From an uncultured Eubacteriales bacterium (GTDB lineage: Bacteria; Bacillota; Clostridia; Oscillospirales; Acutalibacteraceae), in the NCBI GenBank assembly GCA_934486755.1, contig CAKSQT010000001.1:2226-66225 (forward strand): a DNA stretch of 64,000 bases, given 5' to 3'. The notes under the pieces were generated by a model. It was not told where the DNA came from, did no database searches, and worked only from the letters and a program-made list of their open reading frames with translations. Each line of letters starts with the position of its first letter. Position 1 is the first letter of the stretch. Below are positions 27,446 to 37,531 of the stretch, piece after piece. Position numbers and translations under genes: made by a program.

Positions 27446-29154
27446 AGTACCTCACCTCCGATTTGCTCGTATTTTTTCTGTTTTAAGTACTGCCACGCGA
27501 GAACCGCGGGGAACGCCAGCATAAGCACCGAAGCCGCAAGAATAATGCACAGAATGAGAATTATCTGCGGAACCTCGCTTATAACGGTTTTGGTCACCGT
27601 TTTTGCGCTGTCGCTGTTTGTATCGTTCTTGACCGCCGTATTTGCGGTCGATGAGCCGCTGTTATTATTACTGCCCGAAGACGCCGACGACGATGTTGCC
27701 TGCGACGGCTTAGTTACGGTTGAAGAATTGCCTTTTGAGTCGCCCGACGGGACGGTAAGAGTTGCTATTTTATCAAGCAGTTTTTCAAGCAGGCTCCTTC
27801 GCATTGCGAGCTTTTCACGCAGTGCCTCGGGCTGGGCGTCAATATCCGCAATGGCAAGCTCAATAGCGGTCTTGTCATAAACGGTTACGGTACGCTGGGT
27901 TATGGCAAGCACCTTTGCGTGCTTTTTAAGAAACTCCTGCTGCTGTTCAAGCAGAGCCTGCTCTGCCTCATCCTCGGCGGTGTATTTATTGACATAACCC
28001 ATAAGCTCGCTCAAATGCTCGCGCTCGCTTTTGCCCAATTCCTGCGCTATGTCGGACATAAGGTCAAACGAGGTTATGGCTTCAACCACCATTGAGCCGT
28101 ATTCCTTGTAGTTGCCCGCTATATCGTTTTCGGTGGCTTCAAGCACCGTTTTGAAGTTCTCCTTAAACTCCTCGTATTCCTGAACCGCCTTTGAATACTT
28201 GCGCGCGTCGGCTTCAAGCTGTTTTATTTCAGCCTTTAACGAGTTTATCTTTTCTTTAACCGAGCTGTCCATACGGGCAAGCGCGGCGTCGCTCATCAAA
28301 CCGAGTTCGTCTGACGCGGCGGTAACCTCGGTCTTGTCGTTAAGCGTTACCTGACCCTCGGGAATTGCGAGTATGCGTTTATATTTTTCAACAAACGCGG
28401 CAATCGCCTTGTCTATTTCGGCGTAACCCGCGTTTTCCTGCGCCTTGTAATACCTTGTAGGCGCGGTGCGGTAGTATTCGTACAAATCGGGATAGGAATT
28501 AAAGAACGCCTTTATCTTTTCGTTTGTATACTTAGTGAATATCGCCTTTGCGGCGTCAATATCCGCCTTGGAGTCGGGATATTTTATTGTTTCGAGCTTT
28601 CTGTAAGCCGCAAGCTCATCTTCGGTAAACGTTATAGCGTTAATTACCACATTCACACCTGCCGCCGATATATCGCTTGTTATCTTTTTATTCTCGCTAT
28701 CATACATAACAGCCGAAGTAATCTTAAACGCGCCGTTTATGTTGCTTTTGACCGTTTCGGCGGTGAAAAGCATATTGAATATATTGCCGTTTAAAACGGT
28801 GTTTTGCGCGGTGGTATCCCATATCACCGTCACGGTTCCGCTTTTCGTATTGCAGGCGGACTGCGCAACGCCGTCCCTGTCCGCAATCAGACAGTCAACG
28901 CTGTTTTCCGCAAACGTGAATAAATCAGGGTCATAGCTTAGTTTAAGCTGTAAAGAGCTTATGGCTTTGCTGTTCTGCACCGAAACCGAAACAGTCAGCT
29001 TTTCGCCGGGAGAAACGCTTGACACGGCGGAACTTCCCTTGAAAGCGCCCACCGAAAGCACGGCGTCCGACGCGGCGTTTACGCCGACGGTGCCGAGCAA
29101 TACGGAGGATACGAGAAATACCGTCAGAATCAGCGAAATAATCCTGTTTTTCAT
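27442..29154 (-). CDS. type I membrane protein with N-terminal cohesin-like domain, helical stalk and C-terminal TM anchor; paralog of 2544-4265
   Basis: 570 aa with a signal peptide. 'GEKLTVSVSVQNSKAISSLQLKLSYDPDLFTF...GNIFNMLFTAETV' is cohesin-like. A long Glu/Lys-rich helical region and an S/N-rich tract precede the C-terminal TM (IILILCIILAASVLMLAFPAVLAW). It overlaps the downstream gene by 4 nt. Confidence 0.5.
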   Translation of the reverse strand: MKNRIISLILTVFLVSSVLLGTVGVNAASDAVLSVGAFKGSSAVSSVSPGEKLTVSVSVQNSKAISSLQLKLSYDPDLFTFAENSVDCLIADRDGVAQSACNTKSGTVTVIWDTTAQNTVLNGNIFNMLFTAETVKSNINGAFKITSAVMYDSENKKITSDISAAGVNVVINAITFTEDELAAYRKLETIKYPDSKADIDAAKAIFTKYTNEKIKAFFNSYPDLYEYYRTAPTRYYKAQENAGYAEIDKAIAAFVEKYKRILAIPEGQVTLNDKTEVTAASDELGLMSDAALARMDSSVKEKINSLKAEIKQLEADARKYSKAVQEYEEFKENFKTVLEATENDIAGNYKEYGSMVVEAITSFDLMSDIAQELGKSEREHLSELMGYVNKYTAEDEAEQALLEQQQEFLKKHAKVLAITQRTVTVYDKTAIELAIADIDAQPEALREKLAMRRSLLEKLLDKIATLTVPSGDSKGNSSTVTKPSQATSSSASSGSNNNSGSSTANTAVKNDTNSDSAKTVTKTVISEVPQIILILCIILAASVLMLAFPAVLAWQYLKQKKYEQIGGEVL

Positions 29155-29209
29155 ACCCTTTTCCTTTCTTCGGACCGACAGAGGATTTCCGTCGGCCTAA
29201 ATTTGCCTA

Positions 29210-29234
29210 CCGATGGCGGCTTTGCCGCCATCGG
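29210..29234. other. perfect 10-bp GC-rich stem-loop (CCGATGGCGG-cttt g-CCGCCATCGG) in the 94-nt gap downstream of the SBP gene
   Basis: Intra-operon hairpin without a U-tract. This is typical of SBP-gene 3' stabilisers/partial terminators in ABC-transporter operons. Confidence 0.4.
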
Positions 29235-29248
29235 TAACTGTGTTTATA

Positions 29249-30814
29249 CTATTTCTTGGACTTGATATATTCGTCCGCCTGTTTCTGGAATTCCTTGATT
29301 ACGTCGTCAATTCCTGCCGACTTGATTTTAGAATTCATTTCGTCGTAGGTGCTTTGATAATCCTTTATAACACCTGTGGTAAGCTGAGCTTCAAGCTCTT
29401 TATTTGTTGAGATGATGTTGCTCATTTTAATATCAACGGGGGTCTGGTCGAAGCAGTAACCGTACATTACGCCCTTCTTAACCTTGGGCAGCTTGTTTTC
29501 AAAATAATCCTTACCGTAATCAATGGTTGTCTGGTCATACGGATAAACCGCCGAGAACTTGAACATATTTCCTACCTGCCAGTTGGGTATGCCGTATTTT
29601 GAAGAAGAAGTTCCCTGACCTACATAGTCGAACGCCTTAACAACGTTATCCGATGTTCTCTCATAATGGGTGCCCTCAATGCCGTATGCCAGCATATCGA
29701 GAATTTCTTTGCCCTCGTCGGTGCGGCAAAGTTCTATAAACTTCATCGCTCTTGCGGGGTTTTCGGCGGTTGAAGGAATTGTAAGATAGGTCATAAGCGA
29801 GCCTACGTTGTGGCTTGAAAGCATATCGTTTTCGGGGTTGTCAAGAACTACAACATACGGGTCGGATGTGCCTGCCATAGGAGCAATAACCCAATTTTCG
29901 TCCGCTCCCTTGCGTGAGCCGCGAAGACCGGCTATCTGTCCGGCATAATCAGATGTTCCGAAAGAGGTTCCCGTAAGAACGTCTTTGCTTATGTATCCGT
30001 CCTGGTACCATTTGTTCATCCACTTTATCCAGAGTTTAAATTCTTCGGTCTCGTGGAAGTCGATTATCTTTACCTTGTCGGAGGTCTGGTCAAAACAGAT
30101 ATTGGAGTTTTCGCCGCCGATAAAGGTGTATCCTCTTTTTGCGATGTTGTTTGAATAAAGCTCATCTGTGTTAAGCTGAATGAGCTTGCCCGCCGCCTTT
30201 GCCGCGCTCAAACCTTGGTCAAGCACCTTATAGAAGCTTTCATCGGTATGCGGATTTGCGTGCGTCGCCGCAACGATAGCCGCGGTATCAAAATAGCTGA
30301 ATACAGCCTGTGATATTTTAAGCGAGGTGGTTTCCTTTATATGATACTGGATATTCGGTATGCCGTAGAGCTTGCCGTTGTATTCGCCTGTATAATACTG
30401 GTCGGCGTAAATTCCCTCGCGTTCCTCCTTTACGGTAGGAGCGTATGTATCAATAAGGTCGTCAAGCTCAATGAATGAGTTTTTGGTTATCTCTTCAAGC
30501 AGGGAAAGGTTTAAGCCAAGGCTCGCTATATCAAAGCTGGTGTCGCCCGCCATCCAAAGCTGCCACTTATCGCTCAAACTGTCACATATAATTTCGAGCT
30601 TGGTGTTGGGGAGCTTCTTTTCCACGAGTTTATTAAGCTCGTCGTTCACCATGCTGAGGTCTTTTTGCGGAGAGAAGTCGAAAACGAAGCGCAGAGTGAC
30701 CTCCTTGCTTTCATCATCGGTGAATTTTCCGCCAGATTTACTGCCGCAGCCCGCAAAGCAGGAAACAAGCAGCGCGATCGCCATTAAGATGCTTAATAAT
30801 CTGAATTTTTTCAT
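29249..30814 (-). CDS. ABC transporter substrate-binding lipoprotein, LplA/CUT1-like (cassette 2)
   Basis: 521 aa with a lipobox (LVSCFAGCGS). Paralog of 4299-5936. Confidence 0.8.
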   Translation of the reverse strand: MKKFRLLSILMAIALLVSCFAGCGSKSGGKFTDDESKEVTLRFVFDFSPQKDLSMVNDELNKLVEKKLPNTKLEIICDSLSDKWQLWMAGDTSFDIASLGLNLSLLEEITKNSFIELDDLIDTYAPTVKEEREGIYADQYYTGEYNGKLYGIPNIQYHIKETTSLKISQAVFSYFDTAAIVAATHANPHTDESFYKVLDQGLSAAKAAGKLIQLNTDELYSNNIAKRGYTFIGGENSNICFDQTSDKVKIIDFHETEEFKLWIKWMNKWYQDGYISKDVLTGTSFGTSDYAGQIAGLRGSRKGADENWVIAPMAGTSDPYVVVLDNPENDMLSSHNVGSLMTYLTIPSTAENPARAMKFIELCRTDEGKEILDMLAYGIEGTHYERTSDNVVKAFDYVGQGTSSSKYGIPNWQVGNMFKFSAVYPYDQTTIDYGKDYFENKLPKVKKGVMYGYCFDQTPVDIKMSNIISTNKELEAQLTTGVIKDYQSTYDEMNSKIKSAGIDDVIKEFQKQADEYIKSKK

Positions 30815-30856
30815 TGTAATACTCCAATCTGCCGAAAACGGCGGTTTTATAATTTT

Positions 30857-31783
30857 TTATCCCTTTACGGAACCTATCATCATTCCCTTTGAGTAATACT
30901 TCTGGAAGAACGGGAACGCAATCATCATCGGAAGCGCCGCGAGAACGCATATCGCAAATTTAAGCGTTTCATTCGGCAGGGTTTTTATCATATCGAGGTA
31001 GCCTGGTATATTCTGCATTGTCTGCTTTATCATATCCGACTCTTGCAGAACCTTTTGAAGCATATACTGCAAGGTGTAAAGGTCCTTGTTGGTGATATAG
31101 TAAAGACTTGTTTCGTAATCGTTCCAACGTCCGAGCAGTCCAAAGAGATAATAGGTTGCCAAAATCGGTTTTGAAAGCGGAATTACTATTTTAACAAGTA
31201 TCTGGAATTCGCTTGCACCGTCGAGCGACGCCGACTCTATAAGCGATGTCGGAAGTTGCTTAAAGAAGGTTCTGAAAATGAAAATCGTGTATGCGCCTAT
31301 CGTCCAGTTGAAGAAATATACCCACATATTATCCTGCAAGCCGAGATATTGTGTGCGGACTATGTATCCTGGAACAAGTCCGCCGCTGAAAAACATTGTA
31401 ACTATCAAATAGGTGTTTACAAACTTCTTATAAGCAAATCCCTCGCGCGCGAGTGCGTATCCGCACATTGCCATAACAAAAACGCTTATGAGCGTAACGC
31501 CGAAGGCGTAAATCAATGTTACCTTGTACGCGTTTATCATAGTCATAGGAGAAGCGAAGACAAATTCAAACGCCGTTAAAACAAATTTTTTCGGTATAAA
31601 CCTGAATCCGTATTCAAGCACGTCTGCCTCAGACGAGAAGGCTACCGAAAACAAGAGCAGCATCGGCACTATAAATATCACCGACAAAAGTATGAAGAAG
31701 GCGTAAATAAAAACTTTATAGTTTAAAATCTTTTTACGCAGGGGACTTTTTTTGCGAATGGTTTTATCAGACATTTTCGGCAC
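30857..31783 (-). CDS. sugar ABC transporter permease, LplC-like (cassette 2)
   Basis: 308 aa with the EAA loop 'ESASLDGASEFQILVKIVIPLSKP'. Paralog of 5937-6809. Confidence 0.8.
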   Translation of the reverse strand: MPKMSDKTIRKKSPLRKKILNYKVFIYAFFILLSVIFIVPMLLLFSVAFSSEADVLEYGFRFIPKKFVLTAFEFVFASPMTMINAYKVTLIYAFGVTLISVFVMAMCGYALAREGFAYKKFVNTYLIVTMFFSGGLVPGYIVRTQYLGLQDNMWVYFFNWTIGAYTIFIFRTFFKQLPTSLIESASLDGASEFQILVKIVIPLSKPILATYYLFGLLGRWNDYETSLYYITNKDLYTLQYMLQKVLQESDMIKQTMQNIPGYLDMIKTLPNETLKFAICVLAALPMMIAFPFFQKYYSKGMMIGSVKG

Positions 31784-31789
31784 CTCCTT

Positions 31790-32749
31790 TTAAAGTAATG
31801 CGCTTTCTTCGTCCAGTTTTTTGACGAAGAAGTTTGAAAGCATAAGGCAGATAAATCCTACAACCGACTGGAACAGACCTACCGCCGCCGTTACGCCCAT
31901 TTTGCCCGATTTAAGACCTCTGAGCAAATAGGTCGGGAGTATATCGGTAACGCTGTAAAGCGCCGCGGAGTCCATCGGAACCTGATAGAAAAGGCCGAGG
32001 TTGCCGCCGAGTATGCCCGCCATTGAGGTTATTATCATAAACGCGATTATCGGCTTGATAGAGGGCAGAGAAATATGTATCACCTGCTTGAAGTGCGACG
32101 CGCCGTCAAGCTCCGCCGCCTCGAAAAGCTGGTGGTCTATTCCCATTAAAGAAGCATAATACAAAAGACAACCCATACCGATAGTCTGCCATTCCTGCGT
32201 TACAAGGAGTATAAGCGGCCAGTATTTAGGCTCGTTATACCACGCTATCGCCTCGCCGCCGAGATTTGTTATTACCGAATTTAAAATTCCGCTTTTATAG
32301 TTAAGGAACGCATAAACGATATACGCCATAATAACCCACGAAATATTACTCGGCATAGCCATTGTCGTCTGGAAGAATTTAAGCGCGCCCCTGCTGTTTA
32401 TCTCATACATAAGGAGGGCGATTATTATTCCGAGCAGCATAGAAACCAACTGGAAAAGTATGTGGTATCCTATTGTGTTGCGGATGACCCTGAACGCGTC
32501 GGACGATTTAAAGAAGTATTCAAAATTTTCAAAACCGACAAACGGGGAAGCAAATTTATCCCTGTAATTGAAGTTTTGGAAAGCCACGACCACGCCGAAA
32601 ATAGGCAGATAGTGGAACACAAGCAGCCATAACAACGCAGGAAGCGCCAACAAAAGCAAGGGCAGGCTTGTTATGTACTTGTTAGGTTTTTTCTGTAACG
32701 GTGATTTTTCACCCATTTTGCTCATCCCCCGTATTTTCCTCGTCCCCAT
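31790..32749 (-). CDS. sugar ABC transporter permease, LplB-like (cassette 2); true start probably 32725 or 32716
   Basis: 319-aa ORF-track model whose first 8-11 codons overlap the GLUG gene stop (32709-32711). Internal ATGs at 32725 (MSKMGEK) and 32716 (MGEKSPL) each have an RBS. Paralog of 6822-7763. Confidence 0.8.
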   Translation of the reverse strand: MGTRKIRGMSKMGEKSPLQKKPNKYITSLPLLLLALPALLWLLVFHYLPIFGVVVAFQNFNYRDKFASPFVGFENFEYFFKSSDAFRVIRNTIGYHILFQLVSMLLGIIIALLMYEINSRGALKFFQTTMAMPSNISWVIMAYIVYAFLNYKSGILNSVITNLGGEAIAWYNEPKYWPLILLVTQEWQTIGMGCLLYYASLMGIDHQLFEAAELDGASHFKQVIHISLPSIKPIIAFMIITSMAGILGGNLGLFYQVPMDSAALYSVTDILPTYLLRGLKSGKMGVTAAVGLFQSVVGFICLMLSNFFVKKLDEESALL

Positions 32750-34526
32750 CTGTTATATCCACTCCTGTAAGAGCCCTTTTCTTTCTGAAAAAGTAGATAC
32801 ACAGCAGGACATTCATTGCAAGTATTACCGCTATAAGCGCAATAAGTATTATTACTATGACTTTTTCCGATGTTGTAAGCGCGCGGCTGCTCACACTCTG
32901 GTCAGCCATATCCTTTACCGCCTCGTAAGCCTCTTTGAGCTTGGAGACGATCTTGGAAGAAATAAACGTGTTGTGCGCCTCGTCAAGGAATGTGTAATCG
33001 TCGTATATTTCAAGAACATTGTCCCTGTCCGCCGCTTTCAGCTTGCCGACGTCAGGGAGCGCCTTTACCCTTTTTACAATGTCGGGTATTATGAGCAGAC
33101 ACATTGAGTCGTAGCACTTTGTCATCTTAGCGACCAGCTCGGCGGGTATCTCGTTGTATTCCGCGTCGGTTAGCTTATCAAAGGCACGTTTTACCTTCTT
33201 TACCTCGTCCTTGTCTTTAAGGGTGAGTTTTTCCGCCTCGGGAAGTTTTTCTATTTCGGCAACCAGTTCGCTTACGCTTATTACCGTTTCTTCGGAGGAA
33301 TCAGAGCTTCCCTGTTCCTGTGAAGTTCCGTCCGTACCTGTGCTTTCGCTCGGTACGACCTCGGAAACAGCGCCGGGCGTATAAGCCGCGCCGTCGGTAA
33401 TATAGGCAAAGTTTGCCTTGACCGATTCTGCCGCCGCCGTTACCTGCGCCGCGGAAACCTTTGCAAACTTAGGCTGGTTTCCGTTGCCCGCAAAGCCGCA
33501 GTCGTTTGCTGTATACATAGCCGACGCGTCGCCGATTTCGGAAGCGCTTTTAATTTGAACGTTTGAATAACACTTTGTTAGCGTTACCGAAGCGTCCTTA
33601 CAGCTGTTTGTAAAAGGCGCCAAGTCGGAAGTGCCGATACAAACGGCGTTTTCAATTTCCGCGCCTTCTCCTATGCTGCCCGTAAATCCGCCGCAGGAGC
33701 TGAGGTCGGAAGTATACGTAAATACGTACGAACCCTCGGCAAGAACGTTTTTAACGCTGCCGCCTGATATACTGCCGATAAACAGACCCTGATTCCAGAA
33801 GCCTGCTCCCTTTATTTCAACATTTGAATAGCAGTTCTCAACGATACAGTTGCTGACGCGCCCCACAAGTCCGCCCGTGTTATTTGCGCGGGAAGTAACG
33901 CTGCCCGTAACGCCGCAACCTGAAATATAAGTATCCTCGGCATAGGTTACCAAAACGGCTGTACCCATTTCATCTCCCTGACCGGGATTTAACGAATGGT
34001 CGGGGTTCATTTGGTGCTGACCCAAAACGTTGCTTGTTATCTTCGCGCCCAAAACATAAATATTTTCAAGTGACGCGCTTGTTGTAGCACCGAACAGAGC
34101 CGCCTCCCACTTGTTATTATTCTTAACATAGTTAGCGTAACCGCTGTTGTTCTTAACCTGATGGGCGGCACCGTTATTGTTGTCAATTTTCAAGTTTTTA
34201 ATTATGTATTTCGGCGTTCCGTCGCTGTTAAGTTCGCAGGTGAAACTGCCCGTAAACGGCTTTGCCATAGTTCCTATCGGCTGAAACGCCGAGGAAAACG
34301 ACGACATATCCACCGTGTTTGACAGCTTGTAGTGAGCGGAAAGATTGTTTCTCATTCCGTCAAGCTGTTCGGGTGTTTCCACCAAATACGGCGACTCTTT
34401 TGTACCGTTGCCGTTATACGCCACAGCCGCGCTTGCCGAAAACGACGCCGTGAAAATGCTTAAAACAATGCAGATGCACAACGCCAAGGAAAGTGAACTG
34501 ACTGTCGCTTTTTGTTTATAATGCAT
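32709..34526 (-). CDS. GLUG-motif beta-helix surface protein with signal peptide and C-terminal TM anchor (cassette 2)
   Basis: 605 aa. 'ESPYLVETPEQLDGMRNNLSAHYKLSNTVDMS..PIGTMAKPFTGSFTCELNSDG..IIKNLKID' parallels the 7779-9401 protein. A C-terminal coiled region is followed by the TM VIVIILIALIAVILAMNVLLCIYFF and an acidic tail. Confidence 0.5.
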   Translation of the reverse strand: MHYKQKATVSSLSLALCICIVLSIFTASFSASAAVAYNGNGTKESPYLVETPEQLDGMRNNLSAHYKLSNTVDMSSFSSAFQPIGTMAKPFTGSFTCELNSDGTPKYIIKNLKIDNNNGAAHQVKNNSGYANYVKNNNKWEAALFGATTSASLENIYVLGAKITSNVLGQHQMNPDHSLNPGQGDEMGTAVLVTYAEDTYISGCGVTGSVTSRANNTGGLVGRVSNCIVENCYSNVEIKGAGFWNQGLFIGSISGGSVKNVLAEGSYVFTYTSDLSSCGGFTGSIGEGAEIENAVCIGTSDLAPFTNSCKDASVTLTKCYSNVQIKSASEIGDASAMYTANDCGFAGNGNQPKFAKVSAAQVTAAAESVKANFAYITDGAAYTPGAVSEVVPSESTGTDGTSQEQGSSDSSEETVISVSELVAEIEKLPEAEKLTLKDKDEVKKVKRAFDKLTDAEYNEIPAELVAKMTKCYDSMCLLIIPDIVKRVKALPDVGKLKAADRDNVLEIYDDYTFLDEAHNTFISSKIVSKLKEAYEAVKDMADQSVSSRALTTSEKVIVIILIALIAVILAMNVLLCIYFFRKKRALTGVDITDGDEENTGDEQNG

Positions 34527-34594
34527 AACTATACCCCTTTCATTATTTACATTTTAATTATAAAATCAGCAATTCTTACCCGCAACCTATAAGA

Positions 34595-34623
34595 ATTTGA
34601 TACATATCAAATAATTTGATACC
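34595..34623. promoter_or_regulatory. TTTGATAC direct repeat (19-bp spacing) containing palindrome TTTGATACATATCAAA in the divergent cassette-2/copA intergenic region
   Basis: aaTTTGATACatatcaaataaTTTGATACc lies about 70-100 bp upstream of the cassette-2 start codon (34526). It is a candidate response-regulator (YesN-like) or other operator. Confidence 0.25.
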
Positions 34624-34679
34624 GTTGCAATTAGTATATTATTCTTAAATAATTTCAATAATAAATTTGTAAAAAGGAC

Positions 34680-34708
34680 TTGAAAAATACCCCAAGGGGG
34701 TATATAAT
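34680..34708 (+). promoter_or_regulatory. sigma-A promoter (TTGAAA-17-TATAAT) with embedded CsoR operator palindrome ATACCCCAAGGGGGTAT
   Basis: -35 box at 34680-34685, -10 box at 34703-34708. The GC palindrome TACCCC-AAG-GGGGTA (34687-34703) matches CsoR-box architecture. It lies 23 nt upstream of the likely copA TTG start. Confidence 0.65.
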
Positions 34709-36947
34709 AACCGTGAAAGGAGCGCTTACATTGAAAAATGAAACATATATAATAAGCGGTATGTCGTGTGCCGCGTGTTCAAGTTCGGTTCAACGTGTAG
34801 TTTCGCGGCTTGACGGAGTCAGCGAATGTGACGTAAACTTAATAACCCAAAAAATGACGGTTACGTATGACGAACAAAAAACGGGACCCGACGACTTTGT
34901 ACGGGTTGTTGAGAAGGCAGGCTTCGGAATATCGGCTGAAAATAAAAAAGCCGAGAAACCGAAATCGCCAGACAAAAAGAAGGACGGTATGCTCGCGTCT
35001 ATAATAACCGCGTCGGTTTTGAGCGCCGTTCTGCTCTATATTTCTATGGGGCAAATGCTGTTTGACGGGCTTCCTATCCCGAAAATTATCAGTATGAGCG
35101 GCAACCCGTATAATTTTGCCATAACACAGCTTTTGCTGACCTTGCCCGTAATGTTCATCGGCAGGCGTTTCTTCACAAAGGGCTTTTCCCTGCTGTTTCG
35201 CGGCAGACCGAATATGGACTCGCTCGTTGCGGTGGGTTCGGGCGCGTCGTTTATTTACAGCCTTGTTATGACCTATCTTATAGGGTCTAACCACCACGCG
35301 GTTCACAGTCTTTATTACGAATCAGTTGCGGTGGTTATAACGCTTGTTATGCTCGGCAGATATTTTGAGGAGCTGAGCAAGAAAAAGACGGCAGGAGCGA
35401 TAGAAAAACTTATAAAGCTATCCCCCGATACCGCAACGGTAATAAAAGACGGCAAAGAATTTGAAATGCCGCTTGAAAGCATATCGGCAGGCGATCTGCT
35501 TTTGGTAAAGCCCGGCGCTAAGATACCGCTTGACGGACAGGTTGAAAAGGGCGAAAGCAGCGCCGACGAATCAATGCTGACAGGCGAGAGCCTGCCCGTT
35601 GAGAAAAGCGAGGGCAGCTTTGTTACAGGCGGCAGTCTTAACCTTAACGGCGTGCTTTATGTAAGAGTGACAAGAACGGGCGACGACACCACGCTTGCCA
35701 AAATAATCAAGTTCGTGGAGGACGCGCAGAATAAAAAAGCGCCTATTTCAAAGACCGCCGATAAGGTTGCGGGATTTTTCGTACCTGCCGTTATGGCTAT
35801 TGCGGTAATCGCGGCGGCGGTATGGCTTATATCGGGTCAAAATCTTGCGTTTGCGCTTAAAGTATTCACGGGTGTGCTGGTAATCGCCTGCCCGTGCGCT
35901 CTGGGACTTGCCACACCGACCGCAATTATGGTGGGAACGGGGCTGGGAGCCTCAAACGGTATACTGATAAGAAACGGCGAGGCGCTTGAAACCACCCACA
36001 AGACCAAGGTTGCGGTTTTTGACAAAACGGGTACCGTTACCGAGGGCAAGCCTTCGGTTACCGATATAATTTCAGAGAACAAAGAAACGTTGCTTAAAAC
36101 CGCGGCGGCGGTAGAGGCGGCGTCCGACCACCCGCTCGCAAACGCCGTTACCGATTACGCAAAGGCAGAAGGGCTGTCCTCCGACGAAAGACCAGAAGAA
36201 TTTGAAAATATACCAGGCCGAGGAATATCCGCAAAACTTAACGGCGAAAAAGTTCTCTTAGGTAATATACAGCTTCTAAGCGACAACGGTGTATCAGCCG
36301 ACTCAGCCGCCGCGGACAAGCTCTCGGCAGAGGGAAAATCGGTAATATTTGTTGCGAAAAACGGCGAATTGCTCGGAATAATAGGAATTGCGGACAGGGT
36401 AAAACCGACCTCCGCCGCCGCTTTTGAACGTCTTAAAAAACTCGGCGTTAAAACCGTTATACTTTCAGGCGACAACAAAATTTGCGCCGAATATACGGCG
36501 GGGCTTGTCGGCGCAGACGAGGTCTATGCAGGCGTGCTGCCAGAGCAGAAGGCTCAAAAGGTAGCCGAGCTTAAACAAAAATACGGCGAAGTAATGATGA
36601 TAGGCGACGGAATTAACGACGCGCCTGCCCTTGCCGCCGCCGACATCGGCTGTGCTATCGGTTCGGGCAGCGATATTGCCATTGAATCCGCCGACATAGT
36701 GCTTATGAAAAACGACCCGACCGACGTAGCAAGGGCGATACGCCTGAGCCGCCTTACGATAACCAATATAAAGGAAAATCTTTTCTGGGCGTTTTGCTAC
36801 AACACCGTGTGCATACCCGTTGCGGCGGGCGTGCTTTACGCCTTCGGCGGACCGCTTTTAAGTCCGATGATTGCGGGTCTTGCAATGTCTTTGAGTTCGG
36901 TATGCGTTGTGTGCAACGCTTTAAGACTGAGGGGTAAAAAGCTATGA
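34680..36947 (+). CDS. copA: copper-translocating P1B-type ATPase CopA (probable start TTG at 34731 after AAAGGAG)
   Basis: N-terminal HMA domain '[14 protein letters not shown]', CPC motif '[13 protein letters not shown]', phosphorylation site 'DKTGTVT', and '[12 protein letters not shown]'. Confidence 0.9.
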   Translation: MKNTPRGYIITVKGALTLKNETYIISGMSCAACSSSVQRVVSRLDGVSECDVNLITQKMTVTYDEQKTGPDDFVRVVEKAGFGISAENKKAEKPKSPDKKKDGMLASIITASVLSAVLLYISMGQMLFDGLPIPKIISMSGNPYNFAITQLLLTLPVMFIGRRFFTKGFSLLFRGRPNMDSLVAVGSGASFIYSLVMTYLIGSNHHAVHSLYYESVAVVITLVMLGRYFEELSKKKTAGAIEKLIKLSPDTATVIKDGKEFEMPLESISAGDLLLVKPGAKIPLDGQVEKGESSADESMLTGESLPVEKSEGSFVTGGSLNLNGVLYVRVTRTGDDTTLAKIIKFVEDAQNKKAPISKTADKVAGFFVPAVMAIAVIAAAVWLISGQNLAFALKVFTGVLVIACPCALGLATPTAIMVGTGLGASNGILIRNGEALETTHKTKVAVFDKTGTVTEGKPSVTDIISENKETLLKTAAAVEAASDHPLANAVTDYAKAEGLSSDERPEEFENIPGRGISAKLNGEKVLLGNIQLLSDNGVSADSAAADKLSAEGKSVIFVAKNGELLGIIGIADRVKPTSAAAFERLKKLGVKTVILSGDNKICAEYTAGLVGADEVYAGVLPEQKAQKVAELKQKYGEVMMIGDGINDAPALAAADIGCAIGSGSDIAIESADIVLMKNDPTDVARAIRLSRLTITNIKENLFWAFCYNTVCIPVAAGVLYAFGGPLLSPMIAGLAMSLSSVCVVCNALRLRGKKL

Positions 36948-37243
36948 GCGAATGTAACTGCTGCGCCAAGAAAAAGCACCGAAACGAGGAGGAGTACCGC
37001 ACCCTTATAAACCGCCTTAACCGAATTGAGGGTCAGGTCAGGGGAATTAAAGGAATGGTTGAGAACGACGCTTACTGCACCGATATACTTACTCAGGTAT
37101 CGGCAATCCAAGCGGCTCTCAACGCATTCAACAAACAGCTACTTTCAAACCACATACACACCTGTGTGTTTGAGGGAATAAAAAACGGCGATAGCGAGGT
37201 CGTTGACGAACTCGTGACCGCCATACAAAAATTGATGAAATGA
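36944..37243 (+). CDS. csoR: copper-sensing transcriptional repressor CsoR (DUF156/RcnR-CsoR family)
   Basis: 99 aa. '[37 protein letters not shown]' with the conserved C..H..C metal-ligand pattern (YCTD, H, C). Its start overlaps the copA stop by 4 nt. Confidence 0.8.
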   Translation: MSECNCCAKKKHRNEEEYRTLINRLNRIEGQVRGIKGMVENDAYCTDILTQVSAIQAALNAFNKQLLSNHIHTCVFEGIKNGDSEVVDELVTAIQKLMK

Positions 37244-37253
37244 GGAAACAAAA

Positions 37254-37460
37254 ATGATAACAAAAATCAACGTACCCGACATACACTGCGACGCCTGTGT
37301 AAACAGGATAACCGCCGCGCTTACACGCGCCGAGCTTAAATTCGCGGTATCAAAGGAAGACAAAACCGTAACAGTAGACGGCTGTGAGCATTGCGTGAAA
37401 ACCGCAATGGAAACGCTTGAAGACCTCGGATTTACACCGAGCATTGCAAATCAGGCTTAA
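37254..37460 (+). CDS. copZ: copper chaperone CopZ (HMA domain)
   Basis: 68 aa with the 'HCDACVNRI' metal-binding motif. Confidence 0.8.
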   Translation: MITKINVPDIHCDACVNRITAALTRAELKFAVSKEDKTVTVDGCEHCVKTAMETLEDLGFTPSIANQA

Positions 37461-37531
37461 TTTTACGGTAGATTTTTTTACAATAATGTTATATAATAAG
37501 TGCAACACAACATTTAACAGGAGCCGAGACT

